Virus record (IMG/VR): IMGVR_UViG_3300012984_000010
Direction: 5' to 3' (one strand)
Origin: a virus
Taxonomy: Duplodnaviria; Caudoviricetes
Length of the DNA: 64,000 nucleotides
Under the pieces are notes generated by a model. That model worked only from the letters and a program-made list of their open reading frames with translations, did no database searches and had not been told where the DNA came from. A program made the position numbers and the translations under genes. Below, piece by piece: positions 1 to 10,050 of the stretch. The stretch's first letter is position 1, and each line of letters opens with the position of its first letter.

Positions 1-744
1 TCGAAGCCAGGAGTCTTCACGACGGTTGGACGGAAGTCCTCGGACCTTCGCCCCCTCGTAGAAGAAATGGTTGGCAGTCTGCCACCCGTACCCACGGGAG
101 CCACAGTGAATCATCACGTAGACTTCCCCAGAATCCCGATCAACCTGGACCTCAATGAAGTGGTTGCCCCCTCCAACACTACCCAGCTGGGGAGATGCTT
201 TCTCGTAGGCCCTCTCGATCTTGTTCAGATCGATGTCCTCTGGAATCTCGATGTACTGACGTTCGCAAAGATCCGACCGGATCCCCAGCGCCTTGGCACC
301 GTAACGAAGGATCTCTTCAGTCTTCTTGGCCCCAAACTTGGTCGAAGCGCCCTGACCCTTGCCCATGGCGACCCGCTTCTCAATCTCACGAATCAACCGT
401 TCTCGCTGATACCAGCTCTTCAGGGAACTGGCCTGCAGGTCGACCTTCATGTAGACCACCCCACACGAAATGTCGTACCCAGAACCAGCCTGGATGATTG
501 TGTTGTCGGTCACCACCGCGCAACCGACGGGGATTCCGTAACCGAAATGACAGTCTGGGAGGGCATACACACCCGTCACACCCTCATAGGACGCTGCCAC
601 TCGAAGCTGATCCCACAAGCCTTCCTCAGAGTCCTGGTAGAGGCTCTCAGACAAGAAGGCGTTGGCTTCCACCAACATACCAGAAACCTTTGGTAGAACG
701 TATTGACCTTCAGCGACCTTGATAGCGGCGTACTTGAGAGACAT
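1..744 (-). CDS. rtcB: RtcB-family RNA/tRNA-splicing ligase (N-terminal part; runs off window start)
   Basis: Not in ORF track; manual translation gives PDCHFGYGIPVG, GYDISCG, QLGSVGGGNHFIEVQ and MIHCGSRGYG, the RtcB catalytic motifs. Confidence 0.95.
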   Translation of the reverse strand, partial: MSLKYAAIKVAEGQYVLPKVSGMLVEANAFLSESLYQDSEEGLWDQLRVAASYEGVTGVYALPDCHFGYGIPVGCAVVTDNTIIQAGSGYDISCGVVYMKVDLQASSLKSWYQRERLIREIEKRVAMGKGQGASTKFGAKKTEEILRYGAKALGIRSDLCERQYIEIPEDIDLNKIERAYEKASPQLGSVGGGNHFIEVQVDRDSGEVYVMIHCGSRGYGWQTANHFFYEGAKVRGLPSNRREDSWLR

Positions 745-801
745 GAGTGCCTTTACGGCCATCGAGGATAGCTCAATAAGGGTCTCTTGTCACCTACACC
801 C

Positions 802-1236
802 TCAAGTCAGCAGGCGTATGTAAAAAGTCAGAGCCGCCCCTGAGACATTCGTAATGGAGGTCTGGGTGAAAGTCTCATTGTGGACGATATCCACCGTTCC
901 CGTAGCATCCACCCAGTTGGAACTCACTTTTTTCAACACATACACTGAAGGCGGAAATCCGAATCCGTGATTCAAGACGACCGACGCCCCGTTGTTGATC
1001 AGTTGGGAGTCTTCAAGCTTCAGCTTACCTGCTGCCAAGAAGGCCTTGATGTCTCCCGACAGGACGCTTCGCAACACTTCTGAGGTGTTGGGCAAGTACA
1101 CGCTGTGTCCTGCCCCAAGATAGCGTTCTTCTCCCCTCCGGCCCTCAGTTTGAGAGGCGGGGGTAAACTTCAGATCTCGTAAGTGGAGCGTGCCCTGAGA
1201 GATGTTGGTGACCTTCACATCAGGGCACGGCCACAA
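802..1236 (-). CDS. Hypothetical protein
   Basis: 144-aa ORF packed between rtcB and the vWA gene on the same strand. Confidence 0.6.
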   Translation of the reverse strand: MWPCPDVKVTNISQGTLHLRDLKFTPASQTEGRRGEERYLGAGHSVYLPNTSEVLRSVLSGDIKAFLAAGKLKLEDSQLINNGASVVLNHGFGFPPSVYVLKKVSSNWVDATGTVDIVHNETFTQTSITNVSGAALTFYIRLLT

Positions 1237-1245
1237 GTAGAAGGT

Positions 1246-2790
1246 TTACTTCACTGTTGGGGGAATTTGGTCCGGATCCCCCATAGCGATCACTGCGTCA
1301 ACAGGGATCAATTGAGGAGTCTCAGGAATGATGATCGAGGGTGTTTTGGTGATCTCCACCACAGCAGGTACTTGAGACCACAATCGGGCAGCGACGTCCA
1401 AAGGAACAGCCGCAACCGCCACCTCAGGGGCCTCCACGAAGTTCGATACCGTCTGGGTCATCGAGGCATTCCCTAGACTGACATCGCAAAAACTGAGATC
1501 CTGCAACGCCTCAGCATCCATACTGGAGGCTCCGAACGCCCTCGTACCCCCGACCTTCATGCTGCTCAGATAACCACCACTAGTATCGTACAAGCCCTTT
1601 GACGACACCTTGTGCTGGACTGACGCCGCCACCCTAGCAGTGTTGTGATGACCACGATTCTGAACCAAATTTGCCGTATTGGCCATAATCTGGGCCGCCG
1701 CCTCGAACTGCCCCTTCTTGGCTTGTTCCTCGGCCTCCAGCTGAGCCCGCACCACTTGAGCCAAAGCCACAATGGCATCCAACTCCTTGTTGGGCTCCTT
1801 CTGAGCATCCTCCGCCGAGACAAACTGGGCCTTCACCTTGGCCTCAATCGACTTGGTTTCCCTCTGACCTTCTGAGGTAATGACCTGATAGGTGGTCTTG
1901 ACATCGAAGATGTTGACCGCTCTGGGTCCAGCCTTCCCCTGCTTGAGTTTGACATCAAAGACGAAGTGTCTGGTCTCTTCTGCCAAGATGTCAGGAAACT
2001 GGAACTCTGCCTCTCCCAATACGTTCTTGGTAACCACCACATCCGTCACAGCCTTTTCGACGGGATGTCCCGCCAAAGGATTGATCTCAACCAGGATGTT
2101 CTGAGCGTAGGTGCTCAATAGGCCGCCCAGCTCTCGTCCGAAAGCCGTCAAGGCGTCGTCAGGATCCTGCACGTAGGCGTAGTTACCACTTCCTTCTTGG
2201 GCAAAGTTGGTCAAGAAGTCCTGATCGCAGGAACCGTTCACCGTCCCCGTCGACCCATATCCGAAGGCGCTAACGGTGGTGGAGCCTAGGCTGCTTTTCA
2301 GCAATTTGAGGATTTGAGACTTGTCTGTAACCCCCACATTCGGCTCCCCGTCCGTAAACAGGATGATTCGCTTGATGTACTTGGGGCTCAGATCCAACCC
2401 CTCCACCATCTTGAGCGCCTCAAGAAATCCGTCAGTCAGGTTAGTGCTACCCATGGGTCTGAGTTTACTCACCAGGTTCTTGAACTGGGTTTTCACCTCG
2501 GCTGTCACCTGTTGAGGTTTCATCAGTTTGTGGATGCTGCTTTCAAAGCCTATCAGGCCAACAATATCCCCAGGCTGGAGCTGATCGATCAGCTTAAGCA
2601 GACTCTTCTTAGCGTATTCGAGCTTAGCTCCTGACATCGAGCCTGAGAGGTCAATGACCGGCAACACGCAGATAGAGGGCCTCTTGGTCGCCCAATCGGA
2701 TGCAGGGGCAGTGATGGACACCACCAAATGGGTTTGGTTGTCCTTGGAATGATCGTATTTTTGGTTGGTTAGTCGCGCTTGAATTTCCAC
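1246..2790 (-). CDS. von Willebrand factor A (vWA) domain protein, YfbK-like
   Basis: MIDAS motif VIDLSGSM, GSTN and ILFTDGEPN; GTG start at 2790 chosen for upstream GGAG. Confidence 0.88.
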   Translation of the reverse strand: MEIQARLTNQKYDHSKDNQTHLVVSITAPASDWATKRPSICVLPVIDLSGSMSGAKLEYAKKSLLKLIDQLQPGDIVGLIGFESSIHKLMKPQQVTAEVKTQFKNLVSKLRPMGSTNLTDGFLEALKMVEGLDLSPKYIKRIILFTDGEPNVGVTDKSQILKLLKSSLGSTTVSAFGYGSTGTVNGSCDQDFLTNFAQEGSGNYAYVQDPDDALTAFGRELGGLLSTYAQNILVEINPLAGHPVEKAVTDVVVTKNVLGEAEFQFPDILAEETRHFVFDVKLKQGKAGPRAVNIFDVKTTYQVITSEGQRETKSIEAKVKAQFVSAEDAQKEPNKELDAIVALAQVVRAQLEAEEQAKKGQFEAAAQIMANTANLVQNRGHHNTARVAASVQHKVSSKGLYDTSGGYLSSMKVGGTRAFGASSMDAEALQDLSFCDVSLGNASMTQTVSNFVEAPEVAVAAVPLDVAARLWSQVPAVVEITKTPSIIIPETPQLIPVDAVIAMGDPDQIPPTVK

Positions 2791-3031
2791 GGGAAATGCT
2801 CCGTTACTGGGATGATACCCAAAATCGAAGATCAGCAGAGCCCGGAAACATTCCAGGGTCAGAAGTTCTTCGTAAACAGTCGAGGAATCACCTTTTGATG
2901 TAGGCCTAAGCCTCAAATCGAGGGTATTCCAGAGTCGGTTGCTATCGGCCTTCCCAAACCCGAAGGTGCGGACTGCCTACACGAAGAACCCAAGCCCTAG
3001 GGCGCGGTCCATCTAATGGTCATATACACCA

Positions 3032-3322
3032 TTGCGAAAAGGATCGCAACATCTTTTTTACACCCACTCTTATGTGGGAACCCGACGGACAGAATCGAAG
3101 AGCAAGCTGATTCTCCGTATCACCAAAGCATTGGAAGATCGGGACACCCTCATCCCCTGTAAAGCCTGCAATGGGGATGGAAAACGTCTCATGGAATACC
3201 CCAAAGGGGGTTACCGGATGATCCAGTGCAAATGGTGCGATGCTGGATTCACCGATAAAACCACGGCAGCCATGTTCCGAAGATGGCTCAACATTGTGAG
3301 GATAAATGACCCCTCTAAGTGA
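3032..3322 (+). CDS. Small CxxC zinc-finger protein
   Basis: CKACNGDG...CKWCDAG repeats; start uncertain. Confidence 0.5.
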   Translation: MRKGSQHLFYTHSYVGTRRTESKSKLILRITKALEDRDTLIPCKACNGDGKRLMEYPKGGYRMIQCKWCDAGFTDKTTAAMFRRWLNIVRINDPSK

Positions 3323-3635
3323 ATTGGATGCGGTGTTCGTGACCCATACTCCGACCGGTTTCTATTGCGATCGGTCTTTTGGCGAAGCCCAGGGGATCCT
3401 ATTCCTCTGTCCTAGCTGCTACCGTAAGAACGGAAACTCCGACATTGGAGTACATAGTGTTCTGGTTTGGTTCAAAGACAGAGGAGTGCCGGACACTGCC
3501 GAGCCTTTGGCTCGTTGGCAGCTATCCGGCACCTCTATGGCGGACGTCACCATCACACCCAGCATCAACCTGGCGACCGACGAACATAGCCGTGATGAGT
3601 GGCACGGCTATGTTACGAACGGGCACGCTACCTGA
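3306..3635 (+). CDS. DUF6527-like small Cys/His protein
   Basis: FLCPSC...H...W...TITPSI...WHGYVTNG pattern; family name from memory. Confidence 0.55.
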   Translation: MTPLSELDAVFVTHTPTGFYCDRSFGEAQGILFLCPSCYRKNGNSDIGVHSVLVWFKDRGVPDTAEPLARWQLSGTSMADVTITPSINLATDEHSRDEWHGYVTNGHAT

Positions 3636-4229
3636 TCAAGCCACTTTGGCTTTGGTGATGTACGGATCCCACTCAGGCGGAGCTTTCCGCGCATCAATGT
3701 AGGGCTCGTTCATCGGCAGCACAGCGGGCTTGACCGGCACTTTCAGGAGGTGCATTCCGCTGTCTGCGAGCAGCAGATTACCCTTCCGATCATTACACGG
3801 GTAGCAAGCCATCACGATATTCGGCCAATCGGTCTTTCCACCTTTTGAACGAGGGAGAACGTGATCGTAGTTGAGCTGAGACATCGGGAGCTTGGTCCCG
3901 CAGTATTGGCAGGTGAAATCGTCTCGAAGACACACGTTGATCTTTGAGAACTTGATCCCACTCTTAACCTTGTTCAACTTGCGACGCAGAACCGCCACCG
4001 CCGGAACCTTCATATCGAAGGACTCCATGTCGGTCCCAATCACCTGGCGCAAAGCTGTACGCAGCTCTTTGAAGGTACTCAGGGTCTGACGATCGATATG
4101 AGCGATCACCTCATCGTACTGGACAATGACTTCCAGTTTTCCTGCAAACATGCGGGTCACTGCGTCTTTCCAGTCAACGATTTCGTGCGGCCTGTAGTGC
4201 TGGTTGAGTATAAGCGTCTGCGTGAACAT
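3636..4229 (-). CDS. HNH endonuclease
   Basis: RDDFTCQYCG, DHVLPRSKGG, NIVMACYPCNDRKGN. Confidence 0.92.
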   Translation of the reverse strand: MFTQTLILNQHYRPHEIVDWKDAVTRMFAGKLEVIVQYDEVIAHIDRQTLSTFKELRTALRQVIGTDMESFDMKVPAVAVLRRKLNKVKSGIKFSKINVCLRDDFTCQYCGTKLPMSQLNYDHVLPRSKGGKTDWPNIVMACYPCNDRKGNLLLADSGMHLLKVPVKPAVLPMNEPYIDARKAPPEWDPYITKAKVA

Positions 4230-4335
4230 CTGTACCTACTTCACTTTACGTCCTCTTTGGGCTCAAATATAACCCATTGGATCCTGATTTGCATCCAAAT
4301 TGTGGGCCTACTACCGTAGTAGACCCACAATTGGT

Positions 4336-4998
4336 TTACCGACTACGCTGATTCTGATTCAGGGGGATGTTGGCCAAAGTAGGCAAAATAGCCTGATTGG
4401 CTTCCTTCTGGGCAGGCGTCAGATTGGCCGACACCTTCAGGTAGTGATGGCTTTCCAACCATTTATCGTACGGAAGATTGCCACGGGTCTTGTTGCATTT
4501 ACGGCAGGCCGACAAGAGATTGGCCTCGATACTAGGACCTCCCACCTCCCAAAGGACCAAGTGGTCAACCGTCAGGGGGATGCCTTCCTTCCCGCCTTTA
4601 CCGCAATAACGGCAAGTGTAGCCGTCCCTAGCAAAGACCTTCCAAGCAATCGAAGACTCGATATTTCGCTGGCTCTTCCTAGTAATGATCTTGGCTAAGG
4701 TTCCGTCGGAAGCCTTGGAAAGGATCTCGGTCTCCAACAGGTCGGTCTGGCGGAGGAAAGTCTCCCATTCGGACGAGCCCATGTTCAGGGTATGGACTTC
4801 CAGCTCATCAGTGCCGTTGAAGCTCACGTCATCCCATTCCTTTTGACTGAAGAAGACTCGGTGCTGGCCAGAAAAGATTCTCCCATGGTCCTCAGGGAAC
4901 AGGGCCAGGTACACCTTGCCATTACCAATCCAGACAGAGCCAGCCAACTGAATGGTGTGGCCGACGTCCAATAGATTAAGATCGTTTAGCTTTGCCAT
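4336..4998 (-). CDS. HNH endonuclease with N-terminal extension
   Basis: RDGYTCRYCG, LTVDH, NLLSACRKCNKTRGN. Confidence 0.88.
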   Translation of the reverse strand: MAKLNDLNLLDVGHTIQLAGSVWIGNGKVYLALFPEDHGRIFSGQHRVFFSQKEWDDVSFNGTDELEVHTLNMGSSEWETFLRQTDLLETEILSKASDGTLAKIITRKSQRNIESSIAWKVFARDGYTCRYCGKGGKEGIPLTVDHLVLWEVGGPSIEANLLSACRKCNKTRGNLPYDKWLESHHYLKVSANLTPAQKEANQAILPTLANIPLNQNQRSR

Positions 4999-5239
4999 GA
5001 TGGTTCTCTACACCTGAAAGTGAAACGGCATCCCATCCCATTTTGAGATAGATGCCGTCATTTTGGAAAGATTGCCGCTAAAGGTCTCATCTGGAGTCGG
5101 AGTAGGGCCCGTCTCTCAAACCTTACCGCAACCATAGAGCTACCTAGGTTCACGCCACCGCTTTCCGTCGGGGACGTGATAGCAGGGCAGAAGGTACCTT
5201 CTGCCTCGTGACTTCATCGAGAGTTCTGAAGTCACTTAG

Positions 5240-5701
5240 TGTAGGTGCGCGGAGTTGAACCGCGGTCCTCGATTTCTACAGAGAGATCTTGTTCATGTGC
5301 GTAGCCTACTAAGCATTCCAACTAGTGGACCCTAAGGAGCCGTAGGCTTCTACCTCAGGGCTTTGACGGAATCTCGTCCGTCAACCAGCCATTCTACAAT
5401 CTCACCACCCAGTGGTTAGGCAATCCTGGTAGGCCAGCCTTATCTCGAATGTCTCGTATATCCAGGCCGTAGCTTAGGACTCGTTGACATGGGAGACTTC
5501 GTTTTGGTTTCACTCCTCGGGTACCAAGACAATCTACCGAGGTAATGGCTACGTGCTCCCGTCAAGGGAGCGGCTACCCTTTCAGGCAGCAGCAGCGAGT
5601 GCGTTGTCGTTCGCAGTTATAACGGCCTGTTTTTAATGGGACAGACTCCCATTGCACAATCGATCTACTCCTTCGTCACCAAGTCGAAACCCGTCACCCA
5701 C
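5240..5701 (-). ncRNA. ssrA: tmRNA
   Basis: 5' GUGGGUG-AC-GGGUUUCGAC; 3' T arm and CACCUAC-A; acceptor has G3:U70; tag ORF ANDNALAAAA* at 5614-5582 preceded by AUAACU. Confidence 0.95.
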
Positions 5702-5900
5702 ATAGGGTCCGTTGGCCATCAACGCTTCTACGGCTTTGGTTGCCCTCTGCCTCTGCTCCGACCAACGGCACCACACTAGCTATGCAGCGAAACGTTAAAG
5801 CTAGTGTGGCAATTATACTACATCAGAGCTGTCCCTTGCGGAACCACCTTGCTCCTATCGTTGGCGAATCCGAAGATTCCCAGGCCGAAGGTACGGCCAG

Positions 5901-5985
5901 TGCTGAGAGCGGGATTCGAACCCGCACACCCTTTGAGGGCTGTAGTTTTTGATACTACCGTGACTGCCAATTCCACCATCTCAGC
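5901..5985 (-). tRNA. tRNA-Leu(CAA)
   Basis: Cloverleaf; anticodon arm GTAGT-ATCAAAA-ACTAC; long variable arm. Confidence 0.85.
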
Positions 5986-6339
5986 AATACCCTGGAACCC
6001 CCGCATGGGGCTCCAGGTTCTGTAACACTGGTTTTCAACGTGTACCACACACCTCAGAATTATCCAAACTAGCCCATATTGAAAGGGGCAACCTGAGTAT
6101 CGACCCAAGTACCTAGCCTAGTTGTTTGAATCCTTCTGCCCGGCTTCTAACGGGGACTTCTAGAACCAGTTGGGGCGATAGGTTCCCCTACCGTCCTCCA
6201 CCACCTAAACCGACTTTCGTCGGTCCAAGACTTTTGCTGTTGTCAGCTTCATACACCCTAACGGTCACCAGTTGGGGTACCTTAAGGGCGGGATAGATGA
6301 AAAAGTTCATTTGTCCGTGGGCTGACAGGGGTCAATGTG

Positions 6340-6408
6340 TGCACCAGACAGGATTCGAACCTGCTCACCTCGGGTTAGCGAGATGTGGCGCCATTCCACC
6401 ACCAGTAC
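6340..6408 (-). tRNA. Pseudo-tRNA (irregular anticodon loop)
   Basis: T arm GCAGG-TTCGAAT-CCTGT; 6-nt loop CTAACC; GU-rich acceptor. Confidence 0.5.
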
Positions 6409-6610
6409 ATTCGAGAAAGAGCAAACAGGAGCAAGGAAGGTAACAATTCCGCGTCGCTACCGGTACCGGCCATCTGCTGCTACCTTAATGGTCGACAAGT
6501 ATCGAAAGCCTATATTGGTGCGAAGGGGATAGTTAGGCGACTCACTGACTTTCGTCAATGTCTTTTTACGTGCTCTTTCTCCAGACGGGTTGCCCCGCCT
6601 GCTCGATCCC

Positions 6611-7138
6611 TCACTCAATCAAGAGTGTTGGATCTAAGTCTACCATCTGGGACGTGGCATTTGCCGTAGCAATTACGGAACGCAACGCTCCCGCTCGCCG
6701 GCTTGCTAGCCCTGTCACGGCCAACAGCTCTTCCGAGCTCAATACTTCCACAGCTCGTTCTTGGTTAGGATTGTTATCCCTAACGGTGGGGTCCTCATAG
6801 CTGTACTTGGATTTCTCCTTACCAGTAACAGCGGCCTTCCACATTTTTTCAATCTTGCCAGCCGATCCGACATGCTTGATCGCCTCAGCTAAGGTCATGC
6901 TCTCACCCTGAACATTCACCCCAACCAAGAGGTTGTATTGCATCTGGGCAACCTGCAACTCTACGATCGCCCGCTCGGCAGTACTGATGTCTAGCGCCAC
7001 ATCGTGTGGGGATTTCTTGTTCTCCTCACCCTTAAAACGGTAGAGAGATCCATTGAACGACTTGTTGGCCGCCGCCAGGCGAAGTTCCCATTGTTTGAGA
7101 GCGTCTCTCAGAGCGTATCCTGTGACTGCAATTGGCAT
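6611..7138 (-). CDS. Helical/coiled-coil hypothetical protein (DIP1984-like)
   Basis: 175-aa ORF from ATG 7138; LQVAQMQYNL and MTLAEAI resemble the family from memory. Confidence 0.55.
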   Translation of the reverse strand: MPIAVTGYALRDALKQWELRLAAANKSFNGSLYRFKGEENKKSPHDVALDISTAERAIVELQVAQMQYNLLVGVNVQGESMTLAEAIKHVGSAGKIEKMWKAAVTGKEKSKYSYEDPTVRDNNPNQERAVEVLSSEELLAVTGLASRRAGALRSVIATANATSQMVDLDPTLLIE

Positions 7139-7159
7139 CTTTGATCCTACACCGATTCG

Positions 7160-7233
7160 TGGGCCCGGTCGGGTTCGAACCGACAACCGCCGAGTTATGA
7201 GCTCGGAATTCTCACCGATTGAATTACAGGCCC
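7160..7233 (-). tRNA. tRNA-Ile2/Met(CAU)
   Basis: CCGAG-CTCATAA-CTCGG; GGGCCTG acceptor is Ile2-like. Confidence 0.85.
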
Positions 7234-7253
7234 GTTGAGAGTCCTAGACTTTG

Positions 7254-7332
7254 TAGACCGTGGAGGGATCGAGCCTCTAACCACCTGCATATAAGACGGG
7301 CGCCGGACACCTTCCAGCTTAGGTCACGGTCC
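7254..7332 (-). tRNA. tRNA-Ile(UAU), atypical D arm
   Basis: Loop CTTATAT; acceptor GGACCGT/ACGGTCT. Confidence 0.65.
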
Positions 7333-7476
7333 GTAATCTTGAGTTCTAACGGACTTTAACGAGGATTCTGCCATTACCTGTGCATCTAGAGCATATGGTC
7401 CAGTGCGGGGTACTGAGAACCCTGACATAACTGGTTCCTTTACAGGTAGGGCAAATAATCAGAGCGTTCATTTTCT

Positions 7477-7563
7477 TGGTAGTCCCTACCGGATTCGAAC
7501 CGGTACGCCCTTTCGGGCAGCCTATTTTAAGTAGGCCGTGTATGCCTTTCCAACCAAGGGACC
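7477..7563 (-). tRNA. tRNA-Leu(UAA)
   Basis: GCCTA-CTTAAAA-TAGGC; CCA encoded. Confidence 0.92.
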
Positions 7564-7642
7564 GTACTAACCAATCATCGTATCAAAGGATTTCCGACCT
7601 TTCAAGGGGTGATTTCTTCTTTGTTTCACCACCTAGATTGCC

Positions 7643-8548
7643 ATGCGGATTCTTATCGTAGAAGACAGTGCCACCGACCGCCAATTGCTCCGTTACTTGC
7701 TTGAGGACAAATTTATGTCCGAGGCAAAGTTTCGGGAGGCTAGCAATCTTGCCACAGCCGTCAAGTACCTGGATGCGGGCAATATCGACTGCGTTCTGTT
7801 GGACCTTCAATTACCTGATTCCGCTGGGAAAGAAACTTTTGAGAAGCTGATTAGTCGCTTCCCCGATGTGCCGATCATCGTGATGACCAACAACAAGGAC
7901 CGTGACCTGGCGGTCAACATGATCAAGCTGGGGGCAGCCGACTACATCCTCAAGTCCTACACCGACGAGGAGGAGCTTTTTCGTCGAATCGTGTTCGCAA
8001 TCGAGAAACATCGGAGGACCGTTCGCATGCCGATCGACAATGCCTCCAGTATCCACAAGCTGGAACGAGCTCAAGCCAACCTCGCCTCGGCCCACAAGAG
8101 TGGCGAACATGGGGCGATCCGCTCGACAACGATGGAGACCACCACCGCCATTGCGGACCTGTCCAAGAGTCTGTTCACCGAGCTACAAGCGATCTCTGGC
8201 AAGCTGACCCAGCAGGACACACGGGTCGGCCACATGGAGGATATTGTTCGCACCTTGGAACAGGAGCTGCTGAAAGGGCACCCTACCCGTGCCTCAATGC
8301 GTTCTCAGGTGGATCTGATCGATCACCGGCTCACCCAAAACGAGCAAGGACTGAAGTCGGTCAGAGACGGGTTGAAACACGATGACGAGACTCAACGAAT
8401 GAGCGCGGTGTCGTTGCATCAAACCCGCATGACCAACAAGACCAAGCTATTGCTGGGAGTGTTGACCCTAATTGGAGCTATCGCCACAGCAGTGGCTTCC
8501 TACGAGGCCTCCAATGGAGGGAAGGCCGACACAGGGCATCACCCGTGA
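7643..8548 (+). CDS. Response regulator (REC) fused to coiled coil and C-terminal transmembrane segment
   Basis: ILIVEDS, LLDLQLPD, PIIVMT, GAADYILK; hydrophobic LLLGVLTLIGAIATAVA near C-terminus. Confidence 0.9.
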   Translation: MRILIVEDSATDRQLLRYLLEDKFMSEAKFREASNLATAVKYLDAGNIDCVLLDLQLPDSAGKETFEKLISRFPDVPIIVMTNNKDRDLAVNMIKLGAADYILKSYTDEEELFRRIVFAIEKHRRTVRMPIDNASSIHKLERAQANLASAHKSGEHGAIRSTTMETTTAIADLSKSLFTELQAISGKLTQQDTRVGHMEDIVRTLEQELLKGHPTRASMRSQVDLIDHRLTQNEQGLKSVRDGLKHDDETQRMSAVSLHQTRMTNKTKLLLGVLTLIGAIATAVASYEASNGGKADTGHHP

Positions 8549-9612
8549 ATGCGGTGGACCATTTGAAAGCTGCCTTCGACGATTCTTGTGTTCCACAGAT
8601 CGTGATAGGTTTAGACGGGGGGATCCTGACCGCTAATGAACCAGCGTGGGAATTACTGGGAGAAACCAAAGAAGGGTTGCTTCAGAAGCGGCACCACGAA
8701 TTGATATCAGGGGATCCTCTTCCCTTGGAGGAATTGTTACAGAAGTTCGACAGCGACAACTATTTGCAGAACTGGCAACACGAATTTCAATATTTGCGTA
8801 AAGACAACCCAATGGTTTGGGTTCGTGTCAGTATATCTGCAATCCGTCAGAACGGAAAGGCGGCTGCTCTATTGGCCCAACTACAAGATATAACGGATCA
8901 AAAACAGATTGAAGTAGACCTGCATCGAAATAGCGACGACCTGGATCAGTTCGCCTATATCGCAAGTCATGACTTGAGGGAACCTTTGACCGTCATGGCA
9001 GGTTACGCCACCCTTCTGAAGAAGCGTTGCTATGAGTCTTTGGATGAGAAGGGTAAACATTTCCTTGAAGAAGTGATTGACAGTACGGTGCGAATGGAAC
9101 GCAAGATCGACGACCTGTTGGCTTTCTCAAGGGCTGGCCGAACGACTCCAAAAGCCGTCTTCCAGTTGGAAACAGCGATCGAGGAAGCAAGGCGCTCAGT
9201 GGGCCGAAGTATTGAGGAGTCGGGGGCCGTCTTCATCATCCCAGAGGGGTTACCGTTCGTAAGCGGTGACCGCAGCATGATCGCTCAGGTGTTTCAGAAC
9301 CTGTTCTCCAATTCAATCAAGTACAGGAATCCGGATAGCCCCCCAATCATCACAGTAGCAGTCACGCCTCATGACGACATTTTCCTCCGAGTGTCGGTGT
9401 CCGACAACGGTTTGGGGTTTGATATGGAACACAAAGATCGTATCTTCGGAGTGTTCCAGAGGCTCTACACGGAAGAGCAGTACCCAGGAACCGGTATCGG
9501 GCTAGCGATCGTCAAACGAATTGTAGAGCGGCACCGAGGCGCCATCTGGACCACCTCTGAGCCCAATCATGGAGCCACGTTCTTCTTTACCATACCTAGG
9601 GCCGATGCCTGA
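8545..9612 (+). CDS. PAS-domain sensor histidine kinase
   Basis: H-box FAYIASHDLREPL, N-box QVFQNLFSNSIKY, G-boxes DNGLGF and GTGIGLAIV. Confidence 0.95.
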   Translation: MNAVDHLKAAFDDSCVPQIVIGLDGGILTANEPAWELLGETKEGLLQKRHHELISGDPLPLEELLQKFDSDNYLQNWQHEFQYLRKDNPMVWVRVSISAIRQNGKAAALLAQLQDITDQKQIEVDLHRNSDDLDQFAYIASHDLREPLTVMAGYATLLKKRCYESLDEKGKHFLEEVIDSTVRMERKIDDLLAFSRAGRTTPKAVFQLETAIEEARRSVGRSIEESGAVFIIPEGLPFVSGDRSMIAQVFQNLFSNSIKYRNPDSPPIITVAVTPHDDIFLRVSVSDNGLGFDMEHKDRIFGVFQRLYTEEQYPGTGIGLAIVKRIVERHRGAIWTTSEPNHGATFFFTIPRADA

Positions 9613-10024
9613 ATTTCATATTTTGATCATAGAAGATAGTCCTCAGGATATCGAACTTCTGATGGAAGCGGTCGAAATCGTATCGGACCGTATCGTGGTC
9701 GAATCCGCTTCTAGTGGAGATGCGGGGCTACAGCTGCTGTATCAGGCTGAGAATCAACCCAGTCTGATCCTGTTGGACCTGAACCTCCCCAAGAAGAGTG
9801 GTTTGGAGGTGCTGAGAGAGATCAAACGGGACCCTACCCTGAAGACCATCCCCGTCATCATCCTCACCAACTCGATGTCCCAAGACGATGTGGTGTCGGC
9901 CTATGCCAGCCACTGCAACGCCTACGTGCGCAAAGGATTGGGGATTGACTTCCTAACCCAACTGATAACCAGCTTGGAACAATTCTGGTTCCAACTAGCA
10001 TCCCTCCCCAAGTTGGCCGACTGA
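9605..10024 (+). CDS. Single-domain response regulator (Rcp1-like)
   Basis: ILIIEDS, ILLDLNLPKKSGLEVL, IPVIILTNS. Confidence 0.93.
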   Translation: MPEFHILIIEDSPQDIELLMEAVEIVSDRIVVESASSGDAGLQLLYQAENQPSLILLDLNLPKKSGLEVLREIKRDPTLKTIPVIILTNSMSQDDVVSAYASHCNAYVRKGLGIDFLTQLITSLEQFWFQLASLPKLAD

Positions 10025-10050
10025 TCTGACCTGTTTCATGCTACAATGGC

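Noticed and set aside
67-696. 209-aa plus-strand ORF
   Set aside because: Antisense shadow of rtcB; similar shadows (for example 15308-15874, 38308-39198, 51200-51832) were also ignored.
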